Below are positions 23,993-31,855 of a DNA stretch of 59,960 nt, piece by piece. This DNA is from a virus. The position numbers were made by a program, and so were the translations under genes. The DNA is taken from the IMG/VR virus record IMGVR_UViG_3300037882_002000, positions 1 through 59,960 of that record. One strand, given 5' to 3'. Under the pieces are notes generated by a model. That model did no database searches. It saw only the letters and a list, made by a program, of their open reading frames with translations, and was not told the DNA's origin. Each line of letters starts with the position of its first letter. Position 1 is the stretch's first letter.

Positions 23993-24167
23993 CGTGAGGA
24001 GCCTCAGCAGCGCGCAGCAGCACCGAAAAAAGGAGTCCTTACTCCAAGTCATCCGCGCTATGGGTGCAACCGAGGTAACGGTGACTGACAAACCAACAAA
24101 AGAGGGCGACCGCGATATCCGTAGTCGCCGGATCGAGATGCAACTGAAGAATCGGGAGCGACTCTGA
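23979..24167 (+). CDS. hypothetical protein (62 aa)
   Basis: Operon-packed ORF with a GTG start. Confidence 0.5.
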   Translation: MSNDNVRSLSSAQQHRKKESLLQVIRAMGATEVTVTDKPTKEGDRDIRSRRIEMQLKNRERL

Positions 24168-24391
24168 TGACAGTTGATAACGTAAATCACCCCAAGCACT
24201 ACAACGCCCATCCTTCCGGTATCGAGTGTATCGAAGTGGTGGAGCACATGAACTTTAACCTTGGTAATGCCATCAAGTATTTATGGCGCACCGACCATAA
24301 GAATGGGGTTGAAGACCTCGAAAAAGCGATCTGGTACATCACCCGTGAAATCAAAAGGATCACAAAAAATGCAGAAGATAGACGTTCTTGA
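24167..24391 (+). CDS. DUF3310-family phage protein
   Basis: VNHPKHYNAHPSGIECIEVVEHMNFNLGNAIKYLWR is the characteristic DUF3310 signature. Confidence 0.75.
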   Translation: MTVDNVNHPKHYNAHPSGIECIEVVEHMNFNLGNAIKYLWRTDHKNGVEDLEKAIWYITREIKRITKNAEDRRS

Positions 24392-24794
24392 CCACGGCTT
24401 TGTCCGTCTAGTGGATAGTATGGGAAGCGATCTCAGCGTAGTGCGCGGTGAACAAGCCACCAACAATAAGCAGGGGCGGCAAGTTGGTGGCTGTATTGAG
24501 CAGCGTCAGGTTGACGTGAACCAATATTTTAAGACGTGCCGTGCATCGTTCCTCACCTATAAAGTCCTTCTGGACGCTGGCTGGCCGCGAGAACTTGCCC
24601 GTTCCGTTCTACCGGTCAGCACCTACTCGCATATGTTCTGTACGGTAAACCTCCTGAACCTACTTAAATTCCTGACGCTCCGATGTGATGCCCCCGCCCA
24701 GTACGAGATTCGCGTCTACGCCGATGCGATGCGAGAACTGATCCGCCCTGTCGTTCCGGTTTGCCTTGAAGCGTGGGAGGCCGGGAATGGTTAG
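24369..24794 (+). CDS. thyX: internally deleted flavin-dependent thymidylate synthase (ThyX) remnant, 141 aa, open frame but lacking the RHR...S...S.R motif region
   Basis: The N-terminus KIDVLDHGFVRLVDSMGSDLSVVRG and the C-terminus PRELARSVLPVSTYSHMFCTVNLLNLLKFLTLRCDAPAQYEIRVYADAM match both ends of ThyX as I recall T. maritima ThyX. About 75-100 central residues are missing, including the ThyX signature. Confidence 0.7.
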   Translation: MQKIDVLDHGFVRLVDSMGSDLSVVRGEQATNNKQGRQVGGCIEQRQVDVNQYFKTCRASFLTYKVLLDAGWPRELARSVLPVSTYSHMFCTVNLLNLLKFLTLRCDAPAQYEIRVYADAMRELIRPVVPVCLEAWEAGNG

Positions 24795-25224
24795 CACAAC
24801 CTTTGGTGCTGGTGGTAACTACGTTCAACCGCCACCGCTTGATGAAACGATCATCACCGATCCTGCTGGCTACTCAGTAGCGGCTTGGCAGTTAGAGCGG
24901 AAAAGAAAGGATTATCTGGATGTATTTAACCGTTGGAATCGGTGGAGGCGGTTAGCCCCAATGTACGGGATATCCGATGATGTCTTTAGCGGAATATTAG
25001 ACAGCGTTGAATTACTTGAGGGCTATCCCACGAGGTGGTCGATTACCAGTATAACAAACACCCAGATGCGGAATGAGGCGCGGATAGAGAAATCCTATTG
25101 CTGGTATGTTGCTTATGAACACAAATACCGCGTAATGCTGATTGCTATCTCATCAAGAATAAGGGCCGCCCAGGATGATTATTTATCAGATTGTGAGAGA
25201 ATATTCTTAGAAACACACGGATGA
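24787..25224 (+). CDS. hypothetical protein (145 aa from ATG 24787)
   Basis: ATG follows GGGAGG by 6 nt and overlaps the thyX-remnant stop. Confidence 0.65.
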   Translation: MVSTTFGAGGNYVQPPPLDETIITDPAGYSVAAWQLERKRKDYLDVFNRWNRWRRLAPMYGISDDVFSGILDSVELLEGYPTRWSITSITNTQMRNEARIEKSYCWYVAYEHKYRVMLIAISSRIRAAQDDYLSDCERIFLETHG

Positions 25225-25264
25225 TTATGGCTAAATCCAACAACAGCAATGACGGGGGCGCGGG

Positions 25265-25408
25265 GTGAGTGATAAATTAGCCTCTAAATGCGCTCATTGG
25301 AAAGATGGCAGATGCGAATCATGTGGGGTTCCGTGGCAGTTCTTTGAGGTATCACCTACCTATAAATGCAAGTATTTCAAACCACAAATCGAGGCCACCG
25401 ATGAATAA
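25265..25408 (+). CDS. possible Cys-rich small protein (47 aa)
   Basis: GTG start. My translation is VSDKLASKCAHWKDGRCESCGVPWQFFEVSPTYKCKYFKPQIEATDE, with four Cys in zinc-ribbon-like spacing. It fills an otherwise empty 200-nt gap. Confidence 0.3.
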   Translation: MSDKLASKCAHWKDGRCESCGVPWQFFEVSPTYKCKYFKPQIEATDE

Positions 25409-25428
25409 CCTAATTAAAGGGGTATAGG

Positions 25429-25653
25429 ATGGGTAAAGTAGTTAAACTTCCAAATCTTATGACGAGGCACGATATATCCGCGCCGTCTATGCTTCGTGAG
25501 ATCGCAAAAGAGAAGCCAAAGCACTGCTTTGTTATCTGTTGGCCGGAAGATGGGAGTATGCCGACCTATCACTCAACTACTAGCGATATGCCTACAGTGC
25601 TGATGAGGCTTAGAGAGTTTGAACATAAGTATTTCGATGGAGATTTCACATGA
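25429..25653 (+). CDS. hypothetical protein (74 aa)
   Basis: AAGGGG RBS and operon packing. Confidence 0.65.
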   Translation: MGKVVKLPNLMTRHDISAPSMLREIAKEKPKHCFVICWPEDGSMPTYHSTTSDMPTVLMRLREFEHKYFDGDFT

Positions 25654-25961
25654 CAAATAAACTAACAGGCGATGCGTTGAAGGCGGAGATTGAGCGGTTG
25701 CGGAATATGCCATGCACCACATTTCCAAGCGATTACGAAGCAGGGTTATGGCAAATAATTGACTCCCTCCTCGCTGAGAACGAACGCCAAGCGCGGGTAA
25801 TTGAGGGATTCAGGGGGCATCTACAATTCATACATAGCAAGGTATATTGTATAGATGGCAATGGCCAGTTGGATAGAGCTTTTATCGAAGAAACATTTGC
25901 CGCAATTAAAGAAGCTCTAGCAGCAATCGAATCCGAATCTAAACCACAAACTGAAGGGTAA
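25650..25961 (+). CDS. hypothetical coiled-coil protein (103 aa)
   Basis: The start overlaps the upstream stop (ATGA). Confidence 0.65.
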   Translation: MTNKLTGDALKAEIERLRNMPCTTFPSDYEAGLWQIIDSLLAENERQARVIEGFRGHLQFIHSKVYCIDGNGQLDRAFIEETFAAIKEALAAIESESKPQTEG

Positions 25962-25966
25962 GGGTA

Positions 25967-26275
25967 ATGGTCAAACCATTATTCATACCATTGAAAGCTA
26001 AATACTACGAAGCCTTCCTAAGTGGTGTGAAGGATACTGAGTATCGGGCTTTTGGTAAAAGGTGGAACCACAAAACCTGCTACGCTGGTAGGGCGGTAGT
26101 TTTGTCGAAAGGATATGGTAAAGGCAATCGAATCAACGCCATTATCTCAAGTGCCTCAATCGGAATTCCTGGTGAGGAGTTTAAAGAAATTTACGGCGCG
26201 GGCATTCCGGTACTTGAAATAAAATTAATTGATTTAATACCTCAAAAACCAAACAAACCAGATGGGGATGGGTGA
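25967..26275 (+). CDS. hypothetical protein, possible ASCH/PUA-like beta-barrel (102 aa)
   Basis: LFIPLKAKYYEAFLSGVKDTEYRAFGKRW resembles the N-terminal ASCH pattern (hydrophobic strand, G-x-K-x-x-E-x-R). Tentative. Confidence 0.6.
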   Translation: MVKPLFIPLKAKYYEAFLSGVKDTEYRAFGKRWNHKTCYAGRAVVLSKGYGKGNRINAIISSASIGIPGEEFKEIYGAGIPVLEIKLIDLIPQKPNKPDGDG

Positions 26276-26388
26276 TGGGATGGATTAGCGAGGAATCCGA
26301 AAGGCACTTAGAGCAATGCCGCAAAGAGCAATACGAACTAACTAAATATATTATTGAGGCAAAACAAAGGAACAACCCCCATGAATAA
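26275..26388 (+). CDS. possible small protein (37 aa)
   Basis: ATG overlaps the upstream stop (TGATG). My translation is MGWISEESERHLEQCRKEQYELTKYIIEAKQRNNPHE. Confidence 0.3.
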   Translation: MGWISEESERHLEQCRKEQYELTKYIIEAKQRNNPHE

Positions 26389-26421
26389 AATCAACAACAT
26401 CGAGAGCAAGAGGGGGGCGGG

Positions 26422-26808
26422 ATGGTAGCTCTTAACTTCCAGCCGATATTTGAAGGGGATATAGTAGCAGGGCGGAAACGCAGCACTATACGAAGAACCA
26501 TGCGCTGTAAGATTGGTGATAAATTACAATTCTACATAGCGCAGAGGACAGAGGATTGTAGGAAAATCGGAGAAGGCATTTGCATAGGTATTGCGGATAT
26601 TACAGTGAATCTATCAGATGGAACGCCGTGGGCAGTCGAGGGAAGAATCGGAAATGTGTTTGTGACGAAGCGGCTGGCTAACCAAGAAGGCTTTATGAAC
26701 GAGAAGGATTTTTGTGATTTTTTTAAATACAAGTATGGGCATAAACCATTCAGGGGATATATGCACACTTGGGAATTATTCAACCCCCAGCCAGCAAAGG
26801 ACGTGTGA
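26422..26808 (+). CDS. ASCH-domain protein (128 aa)
   Basis: FQPIFEGDIVAGRKRSTIRRTMRCKIGDKLQFY fits the ASCH motif (I..G.K..TiR....k.GD.l.f). Confidence 0.6.
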   Translation: MVALNFQPIFEGDIVAGRKRSTIRRTMRCKIGDKLQFYIAQRTEDCRKIGEGICIGIADITVNLSDGTPWAVEGRIGNVFVTKRLANQEGFMNEKDFCDFFKYKYGHKPFRGYMHTWELFNPQPAKDV

Positions 26809-27062
26809 TGAGAGAGGGTGTAATATATATTCAGGGTTACAATGCAGAACCTGCATTTAAAGAAAATGATGGTAGGGCACTTCATTTAGAAGACCTGCGT
26901 TTAAAACTTACGGCAAAACATGGAGGCCAGCAAGTTTCCATACAATTAGGTGAAAATGAAGTGCTTATAGATATTAATACCCTTCGGAACGCATTAGTTG
27001 ACATGAATAGATACGGGTTAGGATTGCCCGTTGTACCTCTTAAGCAGAAGGACACACGATGA
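26808..27062 (+). CDS. hypothetical protein (84 aa from ATG 26808)
   Basis: ATG overlaps the upstream TGA (TGATG). The track ORF start at 26769 lies inside the upstream gene. Confidence 0.6.
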   Translation: MREGVIYIQGYNAEPAFKENDGRALHLEDLRLKLTAKHGGQQVSIQLGENEVLIDINTLRNALVDMNRYGLGLPVVPLKQKDTR

Positions 27063-27676
27063 CCCCTAGCAAAGAAATAACTGAGATGCGGGCGGCGTTT
27101 GAAGCTGAATTGCTCAAAAAATATGACAGAAAACCAAGGCTTTATGCGAACGGAAAATACTATGGAAGTATCGAAACTTCATTTGAATACTTCCAAGCCG
27201 GAGCAGCCTATCAAGCAGCGCAGCAAAATGAATCCATAAATATGGCATCACTGCGTTTGGCTATGGATTATTTATCCGGTGCAATGCGGGTTTTGAAGAA
27301 GCCATCTATCTTCCTAACGAGCGGCGGGAATATCCGTGCAGAATGGCAGATGGATAAGGGTAAATTTCTCGGTGTTGAGTTTGTTGCCCAACCTGAACAT
27401 TTCGATGTTGTGCTTTTCTCGCCATCAGGAAACTTAACCAAGATATGCACTTCGGAAGAAGTGAGCGAGATAGTAGAGCAACACGATTGGCTTAAAGCAG
27501 CGCAGCCGGTGCAGGTGAGCGATATAGAGAGGGGCGCAAAAGCTGCCTATGAGTACGAAGTATGTGAAGATGCAAAAGCTCCAGCTTGGGAGTATTATAT
27601 GGGTAAGCAAGCCTATCGAGATTTAGTGTCCGCCGCACTCACAGCAATTCAAGCAAACAAGGAGAATCGGGGATGA
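27059..27676 (+). CDS. hypothetical protein (205 aa)
   Basis: Operon-packed ORF whose start overlaps the upstream stop. Confidence 0.7.
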   Translation: MTPSKEITEMRAAFEAELLKKYDRKPRLYANGKYYGSIETSFEYFQAGAAYQAAQQNESINMASLRLAMDYLSGAMRVLKKPSIFLTSGGNIRAEWQMDKGKFLGVEFVAQPEHFDVVLFSPSGNLTKICTSEEVSEIVEQHDWLKAAQPVQVSDIERGAKAAYEYEVCEDAKAPAWEYYMGKQAYRDLVSAALTAIQANKENRG

Positions 27677-27822
27677 AAATTGACCCATTATATTATGTGT
27701 ATCTCAACATCATTTTCGCAACTGACTCTATTCCTCATTTGCAAGTCTGGGATGAAATTAAGAAACAGCATATTTACACCGCACTCAAAAACAGCGCACA
27801 TGGAGGGGTGAATGGCGCATAA
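27673..27822 (+). CDS. possible small protein (49 aa)
   Basis: ATGA overlap with the upstream stop. My translation begins MKIDPLYYVYLNIIFATDSIPHLQVWDEIKK. It fills the gap to the next gene. Confidence 0.35.
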   Translation: MKIDPLYYVYLNIIFATDSIPHLQVWDEIKKQHIYTALKNSAHGGVNGA

Positions 27823-28000
27823 TTTTCGCGTTCTCAATGATCAATGTCCAAGGTGCGGTGATAGACTAATCTGGAACCACAAGGGGGTTGAATGCGGGGC
27901 TATGTATTGCAATTATTTGCAAAGCGGTTCACCTCCTTTAGTACCTGAAATTAAACGTAAACCCCACCACAGAGAAAGGACTGACCATGGAGGACGATAA
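27812..28000 (+). CDS. zinc-ribbon protein (62 aa)
   Basis: CPRCGDRLIWNHKGVECGAMYCNY has CxxC...C...C spacing. Confidence 0.55.
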   Translation: MAHNFRVLNDQCPRCGDRLIWNHKGVECGAMYCNYLQSGSPPLVPEIKRKPHHRERTDHGGR

Positions 28001-28265
28001 GCGACAGATTATAATGGGAATTGATCCTGCAAGGCCAGGCAGTGACAGGAGTGGGGTATTGTTGGATTTCAAGACTTATGAGGATATAGCCCACCGCGCC
28101 GCTCTCTGGGACGCGCTACAGAAAGTGGTGGTGGATGATGGGTTATCCAGCCACCTAAACGACTGTACGGCTACATGGTTAGCTATAGAATCTGAGCAAT
28201 GGCAAGCCGTGATTACTTATCTCATCGCCCGCGCAGAGAAGGAGGTGTCGGATGGTGGAATTTGA
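27987..28265 (+). CDS. hypothetical protein (92 aa)
   Basis: AAAGGA RBS and operon packing. Confidence 0.6.
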   Translation: MEDDKRQIIMGIDPARPGSDRSGVLLDFKTYEDIAHRAALWDALQKVVVDDGLSSHLNDCTATWLAIESEQWQAVITYLIARAEKEVSDGGI

Positions 28266-28659
28266 TGAAACCTGGTTACGGAATGAAAATGCTAAATGGC
28301 GTGCAAACCCCGATAACGCTTATAGCGATAAAGACCGGGTCTGGCTCGAAAGGTATCTCCAAGCCCTCCGCGATGTTCTAGATCATCATGAGCCGGTTAA
28401 GCAGAGCCATACAGTAACTATGTCTGACGAAGTAATTATACAAGGCCAGACGTTTAAGAAAGGCGATGAGATTATATTAGATGTGGCGACTGGGAAGGTT
28501 TCTAAACAACAACCCGACAAGCTGGCGGAGATGATTGATGAGCACGAGCGAAATCTAATTAAGTGGGCTGGCTGCCTTCCTGTTCCACCAGAGATACTTC
28601 TCACCCCGGTATTAATACCGAGAGAAATCAACCGTCGTATCATGGAGTTGGAGAAGTGA
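28252..28659 (+). CDS. hypothetical protein (135 aa)
   Basis: GGAGG RBS and operon packing. Confidence 0.65.
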   Translation: MVEFDETWLRNENAKWRANPDNAYSDKDRVWLERYLQALRDVLDHHEPVKQSHTVTMSDEVIIQGQTFKKGDEIILDVATGKVSKQQPDKLAEMIDEHERNLIKWAGCLPVPPEILLTPVLIPREINRRIMELEK

Positions 28660-28943
28660 CGACGAAAGCCGAAAAAGAGCATCTTTCTAGGGTAGCCGCA
28701 CTGGGCTGCATCGTGTGTAAGCGCGCAGGGTATGGCTACAGTGAAGCACAGATCCACCACCTCAAGGACGGCCACGGCAGCACTCGCGCCAGTCATTTTG
28801 AGACAATTCCTTTGTGCTACAAGCACCACCTTGGTGGTGGTCCTGGTGTGGCTTTCCATTCTGGTAAACAAACATGGGAAGGTAAATACGGGACTCAGAG
28901 AGATCTTTTGGCAATCATAATGAAGGAGTTGAGTTCGTTTTGA
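28656..28943 (+). CDS. Ref-type (RecA-dependent) HNH-like nuclease (95 aa from GTG 28656)
   Basis: EHLSRVAALGCIVCKRAGYGYSEAQIHHLKDGHG...ASHFETIPLCYKHHLGGGPGVAFHSGKQTWEGKYGTQRDLL matches the P1 Ref-like family pattern (CxxC, HH, CxxHH). Confidence 0.65.
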   Translation: MTTKAEKEHLSRVAALGCIVCKRAGYGYSEAQIHHLKDGHGSTRASHFETIPLCYKHHLGGGPGVAFHSGKQTWEGKYGTQRDLLAIIMKELSSF

Positions 28944-29206
28944 AAGTCCTTAAGTTACATCGCCTACCGCTACCCTCCAAGGAGTGCTTGGAATTTCTAG
29001 CGAATGAAGTTGGTGGCGGGTATGGCCTGATGAAGATAAAACTAATGACGCGCAAGGAGCTTGAAGAATATTATGGGCCACAACTATCCAAGAAGGCCAT
29101 TAAACAGCCTCAGGCTGCACTTTGCGCTTCGGATAAACGTAGTGATACTTCTGCATCCCGTAGAAGTCACCTAGCCGATCCAGTACCTCCCTCAGACGAG
29201 CCATAG
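28940..29206 (+). CDS. questionable ORF (88 aa, TTG start), last rightward ORF before a convergent gene
   Basis: The TTG start overlaps the Ref stop. The C-terminal 35 codons run antisense to the 3' end of the 29100..29678 gene and look low-complexity. Confidence 0.3.
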   Translation: MKVLKLHRLPLPSKECLEFLANEVGGGYGLMKIKLMTRKELEEYYGPQLSKKAIKQPQAALCASDKRSDTSASRRSHLADPVPPSDEP

Positions 29207-29678
29207 ACTGGTTGGTGCTCTCGTAGTACGGTATAGTGATATCCTTCATGAATAACCCGAAGCAGCAAACGCTGATCGCAATCTCAATAGAGATATCATC
29301 CGCCAGGAACTTCATTGCTTTAGTGAGTCTCTGCCGGGCATCTTCCTGGGTGTCACTGAGTCCCACACCACTTTGAGCGCAATCCACCTTCTCACGAGCG
29401 TAAGAGGCTACACCATACCTGAGGTAGCAGCCCTTGTCGAAATCACGCTGTAGCGCGTTCCCAGCGTCTTTTTGTCTTTGGTTGATTAAAGGCCTGTCCT
29501 TCTGCCTCTTCCGGTAGTAGAAGTCCAGGGGGTGACTATACACCCTGACCGCCTTCGTGCCGTAGTTGTCTGTCTCCTCTACAGCAAACTCGAATCTCTT
29601 TCGTAATTCCGGGGTTCCAAAGTCGAACTTCAGTTTGGGCTTCACATCACCTTTGCCCGCGCCCACCGTATTTCTCAT
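29100..29678 (-). CDS. hypothetical protein (192 aa), possible regulator with a C-terminal HTH / sigma region-4-like segment
   Basis: Lone leftward gene with its own upstream control region. The C-terminal segment TNQSMARLREVLDRLGDFYG resembles DNA-binding helices. Function unverified. Confidence 0.65.
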   Translation of the reverse strand: MRNTVGAGKGDVKPKLKFDFGTPELRKRFEFAVEETDNYGTKAVRVYSHPLDFYYRKRQKDRPLINQRQKDAGNALQRDFDKGCYLRYGVASYAREKVDCAQSGVGLSDTQEDARQRLTKAMKFLADDISIEIAISVCCFGLFMKDITIPYYESTNQSMARLREVLDRLGDFYGMQKYHYVYPKRKVQPEAV

Positions 29679-29691
29679 ATTCCACCACCCT

Positions 29692-29719
29692 TTAAGGTTT
29701 TATCAACTATAAACCTTAA
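29692..29719. promoter_or_regulatory. 9-bp inverted repeat TTAAGGTTT-N10-AAACCTTAA just upstream of the leftward gene's RBS
   Basis: Perfect arms at 29692..29700 and 29711..29719, 14 nt from the start codon at 29678. Either an operator or a 5'-leader hairpin. Confidence 0.45.
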
Positions 29720-29848
29720 TGTTTGATGAATTATTACCCTGCGTATTACAGTGCATTCCGTATTGACTTCTCACGGAATAGCGAGGAGACTCCCCCCATG
29801 ATGATAGTATTGATTACAAAAAACACTTTAACCGAATGGAGAAAATTC

Positions 29849-30088
29849 ATGTCTGAATATGGCGATAAGTTCCTTGCTGCGCTTGAGAAGGTTGCTGCTG
29901 GTGGTCCAGGTGATCCTTCAATAAAGGCAGATATTGCAAAGCTGCTTGAAGCACAAACCGCTCTGATCGAGCGTGCCAATAACAACGACCTAACCGATGC
30001 TGAGCAGAAAGCTGCTATCCTGGAACTCCAGGAGACCAACCTAGCTTTCGTAAATAAACTTGCGGTGTCTACTCCGCCTACTACCTAA
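29849..30088 (+). CDS. hypothetical helical protein (79 aa from ATG 29849)
   Basis: ATG follows GGAG by 8 nt. The longer track ORF (29723) would start inside the control region. Confidence 0.6.
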   Translation: MSEYGDKFLAALEKVAAGGPGDPSIKADIAKLLEAQTALIERANNNDLTDAEQKAAILELQETNLAFVNKLAVSTPPTT

Positions 30089-30093
30089 AGTAT

Positions 30094-30119
30094 GTCGCTG
30101 GGTACTCACCCCCAGCGAC
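30094..30119 (+). terminator. stem-loop (9-bp stem) after the 79-aa gene, weak U-tract
   Basis: GTCGCTGGG / CCCAGCGAC with an 8-nt loop, followed by TCCCCCTTCTTCC. Confidence 0.4.
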
Positions 30120-30164
30120 TCCCCCTTCTTCCGGTCGTAGTTCCATAAATTATCCACAGGGGGC

Positions 30165-30193
30165 TTGCGGAAGTAAAAAAATCATACTATGGT
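30165..30193 (+). promoter_or_regulatory. sigma70-like promoter candidate for the small-ORF island
   Basis: TTGCGG-17 nt-TATGGT, located 38 nt upstream of ATG 30231. Confidence 0.35.
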
Positions 30194-30230
30194 TGAAAGT
30201 ACAGCAAACAACTAAAACGTGGAGTTCATC

Positions 30231-30500
30231 ATGCGACATCTAAACCTACAACAGAATGGCCGTAGCCTCTTGCCAGTGCAGAAGGTTGGCTACCGTACTG
30301 AGTGCGATAATGACGAGGAAGCCTATTACAAGGCTGGCCGCCTTGAAGCTAATCTCGCTTTCGAGCAGGCGGTGGCTTCCAGGCGATTGTCAGATAAACC
30401 TTCCGACGCGAACTACCTTGGGAATTATATGTACATGGGCAAGGGTGCGAACGGCAGAAGCCTGTTCAAGCACATCCTCACCCGTAAATATCTCGATTAG
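30231..30500 (+). CDS. hypothetical protein (89 aa from ATG 30231)
   Basis: ATG lies 6 nt after GGAG, within the ACTAAAACGTGGAG motif. GTG 30219 is the alternative start used by the track. Confidence 0.65.
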   Translation: MRHLNLQQNGRSLLPVQKVGYRTECDNDEEAYYKAGRLEANLAFEQAVASRRLSDKPSDANYLGNYMYMGKGANGRSLFKHILTRKYLD

Positions 30501-30529
30501 TACAACCCATAATCCAAAGGATCAAAATT

Positions 30530-30688
30530 ATGACTTACACACTCGAAGCATCAGAGGAAGGCACGTTAGTTTTGGAGGGCGAAGAAATAGTTGCAACTAT
30601 AGTTGGTAGTACGCCTGAGTTTCTAATATTTATCGCTGGTGAGACCGCCGCCCGCGCACTGCTGGCAGCGATTGAGGTGCTACCATGA
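30530..30688 (+). CDS. possible small protein (52 aa)
   Basis: AAAGGA RBS. The stop overlaps the next ATG (ATGA). My translation begins MTYTLEASEEGTLVLEGEEIVATIVGSTPEF. Confidence 0.45.
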   Translation: MTYTLEASEEGTLVLEGEEIVATIVGSTPEFLIFIAGETAARALLAAIEVLP

Positions 30689-30894
30689 AGCACTTTCTCA
30701 CCGGCGCACTTGCCATCGTGGTCCTCGCCAATCTCGCTGTCGGCTACTTCAACATCAGAATGCTCTACAACCAGCAGCACTTCGTATTCCTCAAGGCCGA
30801 CGCTGCGTGTAATCTCGTAGATCATCAAACCAGTGAATACCTGGAAGTCACCGCTGACTTTCCGGCACCACTACCAACCAGGAAGGGTAAGTAA
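30685..30894 (+). CDS. small membrane protein (69 aa)
   Basis: N-terminal TM helix LTGALAIVVLANLAVGYF. Confidence 0.6.
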   Translation: MKHFLTGALAIVVLANLAVGYFNIRMLYNQQHFVFLKADAACNLVDHQTSEYLEVTADFPAPLPTRKGK

Positions 30895-30895
30895 T

Positions 30896-31207
30896 ATGAC
30901 AGGTATATACCACATCCATGCGGGTAATGAGTTCCAGCGTGCTACCGTAGCAGAGGATCTTTTTACTATTACGGTGTCAAATCATATTGATGATTACCGT
31001 AAAAAGACTTCGTTCATCCTGCACTTCGCCTGGCGGTGTGGAATAGTTGAGGAATTTGAGTTCACTGATCGTGAGGAGCGAGATCTAATCTTTAACTACG
31101 CTCTAAATGCCTGGAGGGAGGCAAAACTAGGGGCTGTAGCGTGCCTCGCTATCCCAGATGGTATATTCACCCACCAGTACCTACAGAGGGGTTCTGCCCG
31201 TGAATAA
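30896..31207 (+). CDS. hypothetical protein (103 aa from ATG 30896)
   Basis: ATG lies 1 nt after the upstream stop. Confidence 0.6.
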   Translation: MTGIYHIHAGNEFQRATVAEDLFTITVSNHIDDYRKKTSFILHFAWRCGIVEEFEFTDREERDLIFNYALNAWREAKLGAVACLAIPDGIFTHQYLQRGSARE

Positions 31208-31442
31208 GCTGCACATAACAATCCGTGGCGATAAGGGGTCCACCTTCTCTAAGGTGAAGGATATAGAATACCCACTGGATGGGATGCGTTTTGTTAATGA
31301 ACTCACAGAGCGTGTCTACTGGTTCTTTTATGGAAGCGAAAAGCCTTATATCCATATTGATCTCCCAAAGGACGATCGGGAACTACCGCCCCCAGAAGAG
31401 AATATAAACCTCATATCCCTCTCGTGGCGTGCCGATGATTAA
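31200..31442 (+). CDS. hypothetical protein (80 aa from GTG 31200)
   Basis: GTG overlaps the upstream stop by 8 nt. The track start (31158) lies deep in the upstream gene. Confidence 0.5.
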   Translation: MNKLHITIRGDKGSTFSKVKDIEYPLDGMRFVNELTERVYWFFYGSEKPYIHIDLPKDDRELPPPEENINLISLSWRADD

Positions 31443-31746
31443 ATACTACCGCATCTTCAACGATGGCATCACCAACCACTTCCGTATCGGTAGCAGGATG
31501 GTAATCGGCCACATCGTTGACCAGAATGTGTGGGTAGTAGAGCCTACCACCCTGGATTATGGCCACATCACCATTCACCAGTGGAAGGCACTCAACCCGC
31601 AGGCAATAAAACACGATCCCGTGGCGCTGCTTAACACTATCGAAAGAAATCTAAAGCATAGTCGTCAGGTGAGCTTCATCGTCTGGTGTCGTGATCAACT
31701 AATGTTAGAGGTAAACCATGCTAAGACATTTAAAACAGCTAAGTAA
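31429..31746 (+). CDS. hypothetical protein (105 aa)
   Basis: Operon-packed ORF. Confidence 0.6.
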   Translation: MPMIKYYRIFNDGITNHFRIGSRMVIGHIVDQNVWVVEPTTLDYGHITIHQWKALNPQAIKHDPVALLNTIERNLKHSRQVSFIVWCRDQLMLEVNHAKTFKTAK

Positions 31747-31855
31747 AGACGAGCAGTACGCGCTGGTAATGATGCTGCTTTCAATCACGGTTGTCATCAT
31801 CACCCAAGTGGCGCTCATTCACCTCGAACAAGGAATGGCGTGCATACCATGCTAG
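31718..31855 (+). CDS. possible small membrane protein (45 aa)
   Basis: My translation is MLRHLKQLSKDEQYALVMMLLSITVVIITQVALIHLEQGMACIPC, with one TM helix. Confidence 0.35.
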   Translation: MLRHLKQLSKDEQYALVMMLLSITVVIITQVALIHLEQGMACIPC

